DNA from: Acidobacteriota bacterium
GTDB taxonomy: Bacteria; Acidobacteriota; JAQAZP01
DNA: 64,000 nucleotides
Assembly (NCBI GenBank): GCA_032127265.1
Contig: JAQAZP010000027.1
Location: 47 to 64,046, forward strand
Reading direction: 5' to 3'
Of the stretch, positions 26,889 through 38,027 are shown piece after piece. The notes under the pieces were generated by a model. The model was not told the DNA's origin. It made no database searches and saw only the letters and a program-made list of their open reading frames with translations. The position numbers were made by a program, and so were the translations under genes. Every line of letters starts with the position of its first letter. Positions within the stretch are counted from its first letter, which is position 1.

Positions 26889-29324
26889 ATGGATTTTGAC
26901 CAGGATCTGAATGGTGCCGATGATATCGACATCTCCACGTTCACTCCGGACGAAGCGCCGGAGATCACGGGCCAGCTGGTGCCGTCCAGCGAAGCGACCC
27001 CGGAAAACCTGGTGGTACTGCCGCTGACCACCCGTCCCATCTATCCCTCGATGGTGGTGCCCATCGGCGTGCCTCTACCCCGCTATGTCGAGACGGTGAA
27101 GCATGCCGTGGAGCAGGCCCAGGGCTACATCTGCCTCTTGCTGCTCAAGGGGGACGACCCCCCGGTGGAAAATCCCCAGCTGGAGGATTTCTACACCATC
27201 GGCGTCCTGGGCAAGGTGATCAAGATGGGCGGCGGACCGGATGGCCAGATCAAGGTGCTGATCAGTTCGGTCAGGCGCCTCGAGGTGCTGGCCATGCGTC
27301 ACACCACAGCGCACATCTGGGCCAAGGTCAGTTACCCCGCCGAACAGCGCGAACGTGAAGACCAGGAGATCCGGGCGCTCAGTCTGGCCCTGGTCCACGA
27401 TATCCGCGAGATGGTGCAGAACAACCCGATCTACACCGAGGAGATCAAACTGGTCTTCGAGCGGTTCAGCATCGACGACCCCAGCCGGCTGGCCGATTTC
27501 GCGGTCACGCTCACCTCGGCGAGCAAGGAGGAGCTGCAGGACATCCTGGAGACCATGGGCATCGGTGAGCGGCTGGAGAAGGCGCTGATCCTGCTGCGCA
27601 AGGAGCGGGAGGTGATGGAGCTCCAGCAGAAGATCCGCCAGCAGATCGAGGAGAAGGTCAGCAAGCAGCAGCGGGATTTCTTTCTCCGCGAGCAGCTCAA
27701 GGTCATCAAGGGCGAACTGGGCCTGGAAAAGGACCAGAAATCGATGGAGGTGGAGAAGTTCCGCAGGAAGATCGAGGCCTTGGAACTGACCGAGGAGGCA
27801 AACAATGCGGCCGAAGAAGAGCTGGACAAGCTTTCGCTGATCGAGCCCTCGTCACCCGAGTTCAACGTTTCGCGCACCTACCTCGACTGGGTGACCTCGC
27901 TGCCCTGGGGCATCTTCTCCAAGGAGCGGTTGAACCTCAGGCTGGCGAGGAAGATTCTCGACGAGGACCACTACGGCCTTGACGACGTCAAGCGCCGGAT
28001 CATCGAGTTCATCGCCGTGCGCAAGGTGAAGAGGGACACCGGCGGCGCCATCGTCTGCTTTGTCGGTCCCCCCGGGGTGGGCAAAACGTCGATGGGTAAA
28101 TCCATCGCCCGCACGCTGAACCGCAAGTTCTATCGCTTTTCACTGGGCGGGATGCGTGACGAGGCAGAGATCAAGGGCCACCGCCGGACCTACATCGGCG
28201 CCATGCCGGGCAAGCTGATCCAGGCGCTGAAGGTCACCGGCACCTCCAACCCGGTGATCATGCTTGACGAGATCGACAAGCTGGGGGCCAGCTTCCGCGG
28301 CGACCCCTCCTCGACCCTGCTGGAGGTGCTCGACCCGGAGCAGAACGTCGGCTTTCGCGACCACTACCTCGACCTCGGTTTCGACCTCTCGCGGATCCTG
28401 TTCATCGTCACCGCCAACGTGCTGGACACCATCCCCGGGCCGCTGCTGGATCGCATGGAGGTGCTCAAACTTTCAGGCTATATCGCCGCGGAGAAGGTGC
28501 ACATCGCCCGGCAGTACCTGATCCCCAAGCAGATGGAGGCCCACGGCGTCACCAGGAAGGACATCCATTTCACCGACGCCGGCCTGATGAAGATCATCAC
28601 CGGGTACGCGCGCGAGGCCGGGGTGCGCAACCTGGAGCGGGAGATCGCCAACGTCTGCCGCAAGGCGGCCACCGGCGTGGCCGGGGGGAAGAAGAAGCCG
28701 GTCTCGGTCACCGTGCGCACCGTGGAGAAGCTGCTGGGCCAGCCCCGCTTCGAGGATAACATGCTGATGCGGCGGATGCGCCCCGGGGTGGCCCTGGGCA
28801 TGGCCTGGACCCGCATGGGCGGTGACACCCTCTACATCGAGGCGCTGGCCGTGCCGTCGGCCAAGGGCGGGTTCCGCCAGACCGGGCAGCTGGGGGACGT
28901 GATGGTGGAGTCCACCACCATCGCCTACACCCTCTGCCGCACCCTGGTGGGACGCTACGGCGGCAGGGAGGACTTCTTCGACACCCACTCGATCCACCTT
29001 CACGTGCCGGCCGGCGCCACTCCCAAGGACGGTCCCTCGGCCGGGATCACCATGGCCGCCGCGCTGATGTCTCTGGCCCTGGGCCGCAAGGTCAAGGGCA
29101 AGCTCTCGATGACCGGCGAGCTGACCCTCACCGGCCGCGTCCTGCCGGTGGGCGGGATCAAGGAGAAAGTGATCGCCGCCAAACGCGCCGGCGTGGAAGA
29201 GATCATCATCCCGGCGCTCTGCGAGCGAGATTTCACCGAATTGCCCAGGCACATCAAGGAGGGAATCAGGTTTCACCTCCTCTCCACCATCGACCAGGTG
29301 CTGGAGACCGCGTTGGAGGAGTAG
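26889..29324 (+). CDS. lon: ATP-dependent Lon protease
   Basis: LON N-domain, AAA+ Walker A GPPGVGKTS, and protease domain with catalytic PKDGPSAGITMAAAL. Confidence 0.9.
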   Translation: MDFDQDLNGADDIDISTFTPDEAPEITGQLVPSSEATPENLVVLPLTTRPIYPSMVVPIGVPLPRYVETVKHAVEQAQGYICLLLLKGDDPPVENPQLEDFYTIGVLGKVIKMGGGPDGQIKVLISSVRRLEVLAMRHTTAHIWAKVSYPAEQREREDQEIRALSLALVHDIREMVQNNPIYTEEIKLVFERFSIDDPSRLADFAVTLTSASKEELQDILETMGIGERLEKALILLRKEREVMELQQKIRQQIEEKVSKQQRDFFLREQLKVIKGELGLEKDQKSMEVEKFRRKIEALELTEEANNAAEEELDKLSLIEPSSPEFNVSRTYLDWVTSLPWGIFSKERLNLRLARKILDEDHYGLDDVKRRIIEFIAVRKVKRDTGGAIVCFVGPPGVGKTSMGKSIARTLNRKFYRFSLGGMRDEAEIKGHRRTYIGAMPGKLIQALKVTGTSNPVIMLDEIDKLGASFRGDPSSTLLEVLDPEQNVGFRDHYLDLGFDLSRILFIVTANVLDTIPGPLLDRMEVLKLSGYIAAEKVHIARQYLIPKQMEAHGVTRKDIHFTDAGLMKIITGYAREAGVRNLEREIANVCRKAATGVAGGKKKPVSVTVRTVEKLLGQPRFEDNMLMRRMRPGVALGMAWTRMGGDTLYIEALAVPSAKGGFRQTGQLGDVMVESTTIAYTLCRTLVGRYGGREDFFDTHSIHLHVPAGATPKDGPSAGITMAAALMSLALGRKVKGKLSMTGELTLTGRVLPVGGIKEKVIAAKRAGVEEIIIPALCERDFTELPRHIKEGIRFHLLSTIDQVLETALEE

Positions 29325-29371
29325 GCACGCGTCCGGCAGGCCATCACCGATAAAGGTACGACAACATCACG

Positions 29372-31807
29372 ATGCGCCACCGCAGATTTTTTTCGCTGCT
29401 CTCGCTGCTCTCGCTGTTCACGCTGGTCGGCCTTTGCCTCGTGCCGTACAGCTGCCGGCGGCCGCCGGGGGTCAGCCCGGCCCAGCAGAAGGCCACCCGC
29501 GGGTCGGTCATCGACCTGGCGGCACTCCGGCAACTCACCGACCCGGAGCATCCGCAGCGCTCCGAAGCCTGCCGCCGCGCCCTCGACCAGAACCGGTCAA
29601 TCCTGAGGCGATTCGGGTTTCAGGAACCGGAAGGGCTCGAAGGGTGGCAGGCCGATATGACCCTCTGGGAACTGAGCAACGGCAAACTTCGCACCAGCGC
29701 CCGGGATCAGCGGCTCCGGATCAGCCTCGAACCCGATTTCGACTGCCTGCGAGTGCAAAGGGTGACGATTCGCATGCGGCGGCACAGTACGGCGGCCGGC
29801 GGACGGATCGTGGTGCAGTGGGCCAGTGGCCCTGACGCGCCGTTCAGTCGGAAGCAGAGCCTGGGCGTGCCGCTCCGGAGAGATGACTGGTATAACATCT
29901 ACAGCATCGATGTGGGGGACCACCCGAAGTGGCGGGGGTATATCGGGGCACTGCGCATCGAGTTCAGCAACATCAAGAGCGGGGTGACGATCGATACCAT
30001 CAACTTCGAGGAGGGGCTCTCGGTGGAGGAGCAGCTGATGCTGCGGATCGAGGGCGGTATCGACGGGGGGATGCTGACGATCGATGACGAGACGCGTCCG
30101 GCCATGCGCATGCCGCCGGGCCAGCCCTGCTCCATCCCGCTGGTCCTGCCGGAGATCGAGCCTGCGGTCGCCGGTGCCGGGGCGGGGCCGGCCCTGGTGT
30201 TCGGCCTGGGGGTTTCCCGGAAGGGGTGGCTCGACGGCGGCAATCCGGTCCGCTTTCGTGTCTTCATCGAGAGCGGGGCGACCGGGGAGCCGCAGCTGCT
30301 CTTCGACCAGATCCTCGACCCGCTGCGCGTCCCCGCCCACCGGGGCTGGCAGGACCATGAGATCAGCCTGGCCGGCCATGCCGGGGAACTGGTCAGGTTG
30401 AGCTTCTCCAGCGAGGAGCTTGGGAGCGGTGATCCGGCGGGTTCGGGGGACTTTGCGGTCTGGGCTCACCCGCGGGTCCACCTTCCTTCCGCGCCTCAAC
30501 CGTCGAATGTCCTGGTCGTGCTGGTGGACACACTGCGGGCCGACCACATGAGCGGTTACGGCTGCCCGGTGCGCAACACACCGCACCTGGACCGCCTGGC
30601 CCGCCGGGGGGCGGCGTTCCAGGAGGTCGTATCCTCCAGCAACTGGACGGCGACGGCCGTGGCCTCGCTGGTCACCGGCCAGCACCCGTATCGCCACGGC
30701 GTTCGCTCGCACCGTTCCCTGCGGCTTGGCGATGAAGCGCACACCTTGGCCGAACGGTTCCGCGACAACGGCTACGTCACCGGGGCCATTTCGGACAACA
30801 AGATCATCATCGCCGGAAACGGGTATGCCCAGGGGTTTCACTCCTTCCTCAACCATCCCGGGAACCGCCTGGAGCGCGGCGCCGGCGAGCTGACCGACCG
30901 GGCGCTGACCTGGCTGGAGCGCCATGGCCGGCGCCCGTTCTTTCTCTACCTGCATTACATGGATCCTCACGGCCCTTACATTCCGGAAGCGCCGTTCCAT
31001 CCCGGCCGGACCGGCAGGGCGGACACCATTCGGCCATTTGTCGAGCAGGGCGACTGCGGCGAGGTGACCCGGCGCTTGCACCGCCAGCCCGGGTTCGAGC
31101 TCTCCGCAGCAGAGCAGCAGCACCTGGTCGCCCTCTATGACGGTGAGATCGCCCAGGCTGATTTCCACATCGCCAGGGTGTGCGCCTGGCTGAATCGCGC
31201 CGGGCTCCTCGATCGGACCATCGTGATCTTTGTCGCCGACCACGGCGAGGGGTTCGGAGAACACGGCGTCTATTCGCACGATCACACGCTGTACGATGAA
31301 GAGGTGCGCATCCCGCTGTTCGTTCTTGCCCCTGACCAACTGCAACTGAGCCGGGGGGTGCCGGCCCCCGGGATCGTGCGCATGGTGGACCTGGCGCCGA
31401 CCATCTGCGATCTGGCGGGCCTGGCCGTCGATGACAATCTGGCGGGGCGATCCCTCGTGCCGTGGATGAAGGGCGAGGCAACGCCGCCCGCCGGCGGGGA
31501 CGCCTACAGTGAAAGAGCCCCGTATGCCAGGCCGAATGCCGAACTCAAGATGATCAGTTCGCTCCGTTTCAAGGACATGAAACTCATTTTTGATGCAATC
31601 AAAGGTCAGTACAAAATGTTCGACCTGGCGGGCGACCCGTATGAGCAGGAGAACCTCTTCAAGGCTGATGACCGGGTGGCGGTCAGTTTGATCGAGCGGC
31701 TCGACCGCTACCTTGGCGAAGCGGCAGGCGTGAAGTCTGCGACCGGCCAGAGCCTGGATGCCACGCAGTTGGGGCAGCTGAAAGCCCTCGGCTACCTGGA
31801 TAACTGA
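29372..31807 (+). CDS. Lipoprotein with an N-terminal unknown domain (about 370 aa) and a C-terminal sulfatase-fold (alkaline-phosphatase-superfamily) domain lacking the C/S-x-P-x-R FGly motif
   Basis: Signal peptide. Sulfatase-fold metal-binding start NVLVVLVDTLRADHMSGYG. The FGly motif position reads SSSNWTATA instead of C/S-x-P-x-R. Confidence 0.55.
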   Translation: MRHRRFFSLLSLLSLFTLVGLCLVPYSCRRPPGVSPAQQKATRGSVIDLAALRQLTDPEHPQRSEACRRALDQNRSILRRFGFQEPEGLEGWQADMTLWELSNGKLRTSARDQRLRISLEPDFDCLRVQRVTIRMRRHSTAAGGRIVVQWASGPDAPFSRKQSLGVPLRRDDWYNIYSIDVGDHPKWRGYIGALRIEFSNIKSGVTIDTINFEEGLSVEEQLMLRIEGGIDGGMLTIDDETRPAMRMPPGQPCSIPLVLPEIEPAVAGAGAGPALVFGLGVSRKGWLDGGNPVRFRVFIESGATGEPQLLFDQILDPLRVPAHRGWQDHEISLAGHAGELVRLSFSSEELGSGDPAGSGDFAVWAHPRVHLPSAPQPSNVLVVLVDTLRADHMSGYGCPVRNTPHLDRLARRGAAFQEVVSSSNWTATAVASLVTGQHPYRHGVRSHRSLRLGDEAHTLAERFRDNGYVTGAISDNKIIIAGNGYAQGFHSFLNHPGNRLERGAGELTDRALTWLERHGRRPFFLYLHYMDPHGPYIPEAPFHPGRTGRADTIRPFVEQGDCGEVTRRLHRQPGFELSAAEQQHLVALYDGEIAQADFHIARVCAWLNRAGLLDRTIVIFVADHGEGFGEHGVYSHDHTLYDEEVRIPLFVLAPDQLQLSRGVPAPGIVRMVDLAPTICDLAGLAVDDNLAGRSLVPWMKGEATPPAGGDAYSERAPYARPNAELKMISSLRFKDMKLIFDAIKGQYKMFDLAGDPYEQENLFKADDRVAVSLIERLDRYLGEAAGVKSATGQSLDATQLGQLKALGYLDN

Positions 31808-32054
31808 CGCATATCCGGGCGACGGGAAGGACCCTGGGCCAGTCCAGGGTCCTCAATGTCTACTTCATGTCCGCGGCCCGCAGGGCCCGGCCATCCGGCG
31901 GAACCCCAGGAACCCTCCCGCCAATCCGCCGGTGCTGTCCTGGGACGGGATCAACATCGCCTTCCTTCCCGCTGGAGCGGCCCCGGCCGGGCAACCGGTT
32001 ATGAAGAAGTAGTTTTCGCCTTTCTACCGGGTGGCCGTTTCGTCCACAATAAAG

Positions 32055-32073
32055 ATCGATAAATTTAATCGAT
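32055..32073. promoter_or_regulatory. AT-rich near-perfect palindrome upstream of the suf operon (candidate operator)
   Basis: ATCGATAAATTTAATCGAT, 17 of 19 positions self-complementary, in a GC-rich genome, about 90 nt upstream of sufC. Confidence 0.3.
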
Positions 32074-32165
32074 AATATGCTATGATGACCGGGCAACGGG
32101 CTGCGGTGGTTTCGAGCCCCCGGGCGTACGGCCGTGGCATAGAGGGTGAAAGAGGAAACAGGAAG

Positions 32166-32936
32166 ATGAAAAAGAAACTGTCAAAAGGGAATCTTGTCCT
32201 GGACAGCGTCTATGTCCGGGTTGAGGGCAAGCGGATCGTCCGGGGCGTATCGATGACGATCAAACCCGGTGAGATCCACGCCCTGATGGGGCCCAACGGC
32301 ACCGGGAAAAGCTCTCTGGCGCTGGCCCTGATGGGCCACCCGCGATACGAGAACGTGGAGGGGTCGGCCCGCATCGGCCACACCGAACTGTTCGACCTCA
32401 GCCCCAGCGAGCGGGCCAAGGCGGGGCTGTTCCTGGCCATGCAGTCCCCGGCCGAGATCCCCGGGGTGCCGATGTCCGATTTTGTGCGCACCGCGCGGCG
32501 GGAGCTGGGTCTGGAGGATCTCTCCGGAATGAAGTTCGACCGCAAGCTGAAATCGGAGTTGAAGCTCATCGGCATGGATGGCGCCTTTGCCGGGCGCTAT
32601 CTCAACGAGGGATTCTCCGGCGGGGAGAAGAAGCGGACCGAGGTGCTGCAGATGCGGATGCTCGAACCGAAGTTCGCCATCCTTGACGAGATCGACTCCG
32701 GGCTGGACATCGACGCCCTGGTGGCGGTGGCCCGGGGGATCGGCGAGATGGTGGCCTCGGGCATGGGCGTGCTGGTGATCACCCACTACCGCCGGCTGCT
32801 GGACCATTTGCCGCCGGACATGGTGCACATCATGAGCGGCGGTGAGATCGTCCGTTCTTCCCCCGGGATGGAGCTGGCCAACGTCCTCGAAGCCGGCGGC
32901 TACGAGGCGGTGGTGGGCCGTGAGGTATCCGTGTGA
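32166..32936 (+). CDS. sufC: Fe-S cluster assembly ATPase SufC
   Basis: Walker [13 protein letters not shown] signature FSGGEKKR, Walker [29 protein letters not shown] before the ATG at 32166. Confidence 0.85.
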   Translation: MKKKLSKGNLVLDSVYVRVEGKRIVRGVSMTIKPGEIHALMGPNGTGKSSLALALMGHPRYENVEGSARIGHTELFDLSPSERAKAGLFLAMQSPAEIPGVPMSDFVRTARRELGLEDLSGMKFDRKLKSELKLIGMDGAFAGRYLNEGFSGGEKKRTEVLQMRMLEPKFAILDEIDSGLDIDALVAVARGIGEMVASGMGVLVITHYRRLLDHLPPDMVHIMSGGEIVRSSPGMELANVLEAGGYEAVVGREVSV

Positions 32937-34402
32937 TGGACAACATACCGACTATCGACAGAGCAGGCACCGCAGGTGTTCCGGTCGTGGCGCCGCCGCC
33001 GGCAGCCGGAATGACCGACGCTGCAAAAGATGAGTACCGCTTCGGTTTTCACGACCCCGAGGACTACGTCTACCGGGCGCCGAAGGGCCTGTCCCGGGAT
33101 CTGGTGGAGGATATCTCGCGGCGCAAAGGCGAACCGGAGTGGATGCTGGAGAAACGGCTGGAGGGCCTGAAGCTTTTTCAGCGCAAACCGATGCCCCGTT
33201 GGGGGGCCGACCTCAGCGACATCGACTTCGACCGCATCACGTATTACATCAAACCCAGCGAGCAGGAAGAGCGCTCCTGGGACGACGTGCCGGAGAAGAT
33301 CAAGAAGACCTTCGACCGGCTGGGCATCCCCGAGGCGGAGAAGAAGTGGTTGGCCGGAGTGGGGGCGCAGTATGAGTCGGAGACGGTGTATCACAACCTG
33401 AAGCGGGAGTGGGTGGAGAAGGGCGTGGTCTTCACCGACATGGACACCGCCCTGCGGGAACGGCCGGAGATCGTCAAGCAGTACTTCGGTGCCATCATCC
33501 CGGCCGGTGACAACAAGTTCGCCGCGCTGAACACCGCGGTCTGGAGCGGGGGCAGCTTTGTCTACGTTCCGGCCGGGGTCACGGTGGATGTCCCGCTGCA
33601 GGCCTACTTCCGGATCAACGCCCGGGACATGGGCCAGTTCGAGCGGACGATGATCATCGGCGGTCCGGGGTCGACCCTGCACTACGTGGAGGGCTGCACC
33701 GCGCCCACCTATTCCAGCGACTCGCTGCACGCCGCGGTGGTGGAAGTGATCGCCCTTCCCGGCTCCCGGGTGCGCTACACCACGATCCAGAACTGGTCGC
33801 ACAACGTCTACAACCTGGTGACCAAGCGGGCCGCGGCGTACGAGGGTTCCACCGTGGAGTGGGTGGACGGCAACCTGGGCAGCAAGGTGACCATGAAATA
33901 CCCCTCGGTCTACCTCCTCGGGCGGGGGGCTCACGCCGAGATCCTCTCCGTGGCCATGGCCAATGACGGCCAGTATATCGACGCCGGGGCCAAGGTGATT
34001 CACGCCGCCCCGGACACCACCTCCTCGGTGGTCTCCAAGTCGATCAGCAAGGGCAAGGGCCGGGCCGGCTACCGCGGCCTGGTCCAGGTGGAGCCGGGCG
34101 CCGTGGGCGCCAGATCCTCGGTGCGCTGCGATGCGCTGATCCTGGGGCCGGAGGCGCGCAGCGACACCTATCCCTACATGGATGTCCGCGAGGAGGAGAG
34201 CAACATCGAGCACGAGGCCACGGTGAGCCGGGTGGGTGAGGAGCAACTCTTCTATCTCACCAGCCGCGGGCTGAGCGAGGCGGAGGCGGCGCTGATGATC
34301 GTCAACGGTTTTATCGAGCCGATCGTCAAGGAGCTGCCCATGGAATATGCGGTGGAGCTGAACCGGCTCGTGGAAATGGAGATGGAGGGATCCGTTGGCT
34401 GA
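32933..34402 (+). CDS. sufB: Fe-S cluster assembly protein SufB
   Basis: SufB-typical blocks ([40 protein letters not shown]). ATGA overlap with sufC. Confidence 0.85.
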   Translation: MMDNIPTIDRAGTAGVPVVAPPPAAGMTDAAKDEYRFGFHDPEDYVYRAPKGLSRDLVEDISRRKGEPEWMLEKRLEGLKLFQRKPMPRWGADLSDIDFDRITYYIKPSEQEERSWDDVPEKIKKTFDRLGIPEAEKKWLAGVGAQYESETVYHNLKREWVEKGVVFTDMDTALRERPEIVKQYFGAIIPAGDNKFAALNTAVWSGGSFVYVPAGVTVDVPLQAYFRINARDMGQFERTMIIGGPGSTLHYVEGCTAPTYSSDSLHAAVVEVIALPGSRVRYTTIQNWSHNVYNLVTKRAAAYEGSTVEWVDGNLGSKVTMKYPSVYLLGRGAHAEILSVAMANDGQYIDAGAKVIHAAPDTTSSVVSKSISKGKGRAGYRGLVQVEPGAVGARSSVRCDALILGPEARSDTYPYMDVREEESNIEHEATVSRVGEEQLFYLTSRGLSEAEAALMIVNGFIEPIVKELPMEYAVELNRLVEMEMEGSVG

Positions 34403-35729
34403 GCAGATGAACAATGTGAAAAAGGTGGAGAGCAGTGAACGCTGCACCGTGGGGTCACTGAAGCCCGAACTGCTGCTGGCTGGTTCCCGTGAGGCGGGCG
34501 AACCGCACTGGCTGCTCAAGATGAGGGCCGCGTTCCTCCGCCGTTTTCGGGAGACCGGGTTGCCCGCGCCCTTCGAAGAGGACTGGCGCGGCACCGACCT
34601 GCGGGACTTCGGCCTGGACCGTTCCACGGTGATCCGGGCCGGCGCGGGCCCGTCCGCCCGGCTGGCCGCGTCCGGAATCCACCTCTCCCCCTCGCCCACC
34701 CAGTGCAGCGGGCCCGGGGAGGTGACGATGCTGCCGTTGGGCGAAGCGGTTAAGCGCAAGCCGGACCTCCTGCAGGACAACCTCTTTGCGGGCTTTGACC
34801 CGCAGACGGCGCCGCCGCTGGCCGCGCTGAACGCCGCCTGCCTCAGCGGGGGAGCGTTCTTCCACCTGCCCCGGGACGTGGAGATGAAGGGCACGGCCCG
34901 AGTGGCCTGGCAGCCTTCGGGCGGCGAGGCGGCACACTTCCCCCACAACCTGGTGGTGCTGGAAGAGGGCAGCCGCGGGTCGCTGGTGGAGAGCTTCAGC
35001 GGTTCATGGAGTGATGATCGGGCAGGCGTCTGCTGCAGTGTCACCGAAGTGGTGGTGGGGCCGGGAGCGCAACTGGATATCCTGACCCTCATCGACCAGG
35101 ACCAGGGGGCCAGCAGTTGCCACACCGCCGTGGCCCGGGTGGCTGCCGGGGGCCGGCTTCGCTGGTATCTGGGCAGCGCCGGGGGCCGGATGGTACGGGC
35201 GGAGATTGAGGTCACCCTGGCCGGTTCCGGTGCGGAAAGCCGGATCATCGGCATCGGTGTGGGCCGGGGCCGCCGGCACCTCGATCACCGGACGGTGCAG
35301 CGCCATGTCGCGCCGGACACCAGGAGCACCATCGTTTTCGGCACCCTGCTCCGCGGCCGGTCCAGCTCCATCTACCGCGGCCTGATCGGCATGGACCAGG
35401 GGGCGCTGCGGGGGGACGCCTACCAGAAGAACGATAACCTGCTGCTGGAGCGAGGGCCCACCGCTGAGGCGATACCCAAACTGGAAATCCTCACCGACGA
35501 CGTCAAGTGCAGCCACGGGTCCACCGTGGGCCGGCTCAGCGAGGAGGAACTGTTCTACATCACCTCGCGTGGCATCCCCCGCTCACAGGCCCGGGATCTG
35601 GTGGCCGAAGGCTTCATCCGCCGCGTGTGTCTGGGTGGTGGAGAGTGGAACCCGCTGACCGAGGAGCTGTTCGAGACGGTGCGCGGGGCGGTGATCGATA
35701 ACATTCAACCCTATGACCCGTCGGAATGA
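34395..35729 (+). CDS. sufD: Fe-S cluster assembly protein SufD
   Basis: SufBD-family C-terminal beta-helix region ([27 protein letters not shown]). Position after sufB. Confidence 0.75.
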   Translation: MAEQMNNVKKVESSERCTVGSLKPELLLAGSREAGEPHWLLKMRAAFLRRFRETGLPAPFEEDWRGTDLRDFGLDRSTVIRAGAGPSARLAASGIHLSPSPTQCSGPGEVTMLPLGEAVKRKPDLLQDNLFAGFDPQTAPPLAALNAACLSGGAFFHLPRDVEMKGTARVAWQPSGGEAAHFPHNLVVLEEGSRGSLVESFSGSWSDDRAGVCCSVTEVVVGPGAQLDILTLIDQDQGASSCHTAVARVAAGGRLRWYLGSAGGRMVRAEIEVTLAGSGAESRIIGIGVGRGRRHLDHRTVQRHVAPDTRSTIVFGTLLRGRSSSIYRGLIGMDQGALRGDAYQKNDNLLLERGPTAEAIPKLEILTDDVKCSHGSTVGRLSEEELFYITSRGIPRSQARDLVAEGFIRRVCLGGGEWNPLTEELFETVRGAVIDNIQPYDPSE

Positions 35730-35760
35730 GGGCGGCGGAACACAACGAGTGGAGATGACG

Positions 35761-36183
35761 ATGAGCGAGAACGGCAGGAAACCGGGGATGGTGGACGTGG
35801 GTGCGGTGGAGAGTTTTCCAATCGGGCGGGGCAAGCGGGTCCTGGTCGAAGGGAACCCGGTGGCCCTGTTCCGGCTGGGCGGGAAGTTCCACGCATTGGA
35901 AGATTGCTGCAGTCACGCCATGGCCCCGCTGAGCGGTGGGGAAGTGAAGGGAAATGCCGTGGCCTGTCCGCGGCACGGGGCGCACTTCGACATCACCACC
36001 GGCGAGGTGCTCAGCCTTCAGGCCGTGGCCAACGTGGTGTCGCTCCCGGTGGAAGTTCGCGAGGGACGCGTGCTGGTCAGCACCCAGGGGTGGCTGGCCG
36101 ACCCGCTCTGGGTCTCGGGACGCCGTTTGGGTGAGACGGAGGCCGGCACCGATCACCTGGTGTTGGAGGAAGTGGAGGGATGA
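35761..36183 (+). CDS. Rieske [2Fe-2S] ferredoxin-like protein embedded in the suf operon
   Basis: CCSHAMAPL...CPRHGAHF Rieske CxH/CxxH boxes. Start at MSENGRK inside ORF 35713..36183. Confidence 0.65.
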   Translation: MSENGRKPGMVDVGAVESFPIGRGKRVLVEGNPVALFRLGGKFHALEDCCSHAMAPLSGGEVKGNAVACPRHGAHFDITTGEVLSLQAVANVVSLPVEVREGRVLVSTQGWLADPLWVSGRRLGETEAGTDHLVLEEVEG

Positions 36184-37472
36184 ACCAGGCCAGCGCCAGC
36201 ATGGGCGGGGGAGTGGCCGCCGCCGCGGCGCCCCGGTCGGTGACCGAGGGCCATGCCCTGGTGCCGTCGGTGGTGTTCCCGCTGATCCGCCGTGAGCATC
36301 AGCGCGGCCGCTGCTATCTCGACAACGCGGCCACGACCCAGAAACCGGAAGAGGTGATCGAGGCCGAGGCCCGCTTCTATCGTGAGCAGAACGCCAACAT
36401 CCACCGCGGGATCCACCGGCTGAGCATGGAGGCCACCGACCGTTTCGAAGCGGTGCGCGCCGCCGCGGCCCGTTTTGTCGGTGCCGGCCGTCCCGAGGAA
36501 ATCATCTTCTGCCGCGGGGCCACCGAGGCGCTGAACCTGGCGGCTCACTCCTGGGGCCTGCCCCACCTGCAGCCGGGGGACGAGGTGGTGCTCACCACCC
36601 TGGAGCACCACTCCAACCTGGTGCCCTGGCAGCTGGTGGCCGCCCGCACCGGCGCGAAACTGGTGGAACTGAAGCCGGACCGGGAGGGAACCATCAGCGA
36701 GGAGGCGCTGGCCCGGGCCATCGGGCCGCGGACCCGCCTGGTGGGGATGACCCACGTCTCGAACCTGCTCGGTTCGGTCAGCGACATCCGGATGGCGGCC
36801 GAGGCGGCCCACCGGGTGGGGGCGCTGCTGCTGGTGGACGGGGCCCAGGCGGTGGGTCACATGCCGGTGGACGTTCTTGAACTGGGATGCGATCTCTATG
36901 CCGTGTCGGGGCACAAGATGTTCGGTCCCACCGGCACCGGTTTTCTCTGGGGACGCTACGATCTGCTCGAGCGCTTCGAGCCGTTTCTGGGCGGCGGGGA
37001 TATGATCGAGGAGGTGTGGTTCGAGCAGTCCACCTGGGCCGAGCTGCCGGCCCGGCTGGAGGCCGGTACGCCGAATATCGGCGGGGTGGTCGGGCTTGGC
37101 GCGGCCATCGAGTTCCTGGAGCGGGTGGGCATGACCCGTGTCCGGCGGCACGACATGGAACTGGCCGGGGAGGCCCGGGAGCGGCTGGCCGCCATCCCCG
37201 GGGTTACCGTCTATGGCCCAACCATTCCCGCGAGCCGCAGCGGACTGGTTTCGTTCAACGTGGCGGGGATCCATGCCCACGACGTGGGCTGTGTGCTCGA
37301 TGCTGAAGGGGTGGCGGTGCGCACCGGCCACATGTGCTCCCAGCCGGCCCTGCGCCACCTGGGCCTCGAAAGCTGTGTGCGGGCCAGCTTTGCCCTCTAC
37401 AACAGCCGCGAGGACCTCGACCGGCTGACCGCCGGCCTCGAGAAAACCGTGGTCTTTTTCAATGCCAGATAA
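36180..37472 (+). CDS. sufS: Cysteine desulfurase SufS (class II aminotransferase)
   Basis: YLDNAATTQKP, PLP-binding SGHKMFGPTGTGFL, C-terminal catalytic-loop region (RTGHMCSQP). Confidence 0.8.
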   Translation: MNQASASMGGGVAAAAAPRSVTEGHALVPSVVFPLIRREHQRGRCYLDNAATTQKPEEVIEAEARFYREQNANIHRGIHRLSMEATDRFEAVRAAAARFVGAGRPEEIIFCRGATEALNLAAHSWGLPHLQPGDEVVLTTLEHHSNLVPWQLVAARTGAKLVELKPDREGTISEEALARAIGPRTRLVGMTHVSNLLGSVSDIRMAAEAAHRVGALLLVDGAQAVGHMPVDVLELGCDLYAVSGHKMFGPTGTGFLWGRYDLLERFEPFLGGGDMIEEVWFEQSTWAELPARLEAGTPNIGGVVGLGAAIEFLERVGMTRVRRHDMELAGEARERLAAIPGVTVYGPTIPASRSGLVSFNVAGIHAHDVGCVLDAEGVAVRTGHMCSQPALRHLGLESCVRASFALYNSREDLDRLTAGLEKTVVFFNAR

Positions 37473-37473
37473 A

Positions 37474-37550
37474 ACGGTGACAGCCACCTGTTTATGCGTT
37501 TGTTTCTGCGGTGAAACTGCTGGAAATAAATTGGTGACAGTCACCATTTT
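37474..37550. repeat. Two further copies of the GGTGACAG(C/T)CACC repeat family, between sufS and sufU
   Basis: ggtgacagccacctgttta at 37478 and ttggtgacagtcaccattttt at 37533. The latter is itself a GGTGAC-A-GTCACC palindrome, about 20 nt upstream of the sufU start. Confidence 0.4.
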
Positions 37551-37564
37551 TGGGAGCGGGACGG

Positions 37565-38002
37565 ATGCTGAATGCTGAGGAGCAACTGGAAGGGCTGTAT
37601 CGCGGCGTGATCATGGACCACTACCGGCGCCCGCGGAACCGCGGCAATCTCGCCGGCAGCGGCAAGGTGGCCGAGGGCAGGAACCCGCTCTGCGGCGACT
37701 CGGTGCGCTTCGAGATGCTGCTGCGGGACGGTGTTGTGGAGAAGATCGTCTTCGACGGGCACGGGTGCGCCATCTCCATCTCCTCGGCGTCGATGCTCAC
37801 CGAACTGCTGGAGGGCAAGACAGTCGAGGAAGCGAAGGCCCTCATCGCCAGTGCGGCCCACTTCCTCAAGGGCGAGCGGGACGGGGTGGACGAGGAGGAA
37901 CTGGGCGACGTGGCGGCCCTGGAAGGGGTGGCCAAATTCCCGGTGCGCATCAAGTGCGCGCTGTTGCCGTTTGTCGCCGTCCGCGGAGCACTGGAGGATT
38001 AG
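37565..38002 (+). CDS. sufU: SufU/IscU-like sulfur-transfer scaffold protein (NifU N-terminal domain)
   Basis: NPLCGDSVRFEM, GHGCAISISSASMLTE, KCALLPF motifs. ATG at 37565 with GGGAGCGGG upstream. Confidence 0.75.
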   Translation: MLNAEEQLEGLYRGVIMDHYRRPRNRGNLAGSGKVAEGRNPLCGDSVRFEMLLRDGVVEKIVFDGHGCAISISSASMLTELLEGKTVEEAKALIASAAHFLKGERDGVDEEELGDVAALEGVAKFPVRIKCALLPFVAVRGALED

Positions 38003-38027
38003 TCGGCATAGGTCACTGCAAGCGCAG

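Noticed and set aside
32900-35254. 784-aa minus-strand ORF across sufB and sufD
   Set aside because: Antisense to conserved suf genes. Shadow ORF of a GC-rich region.
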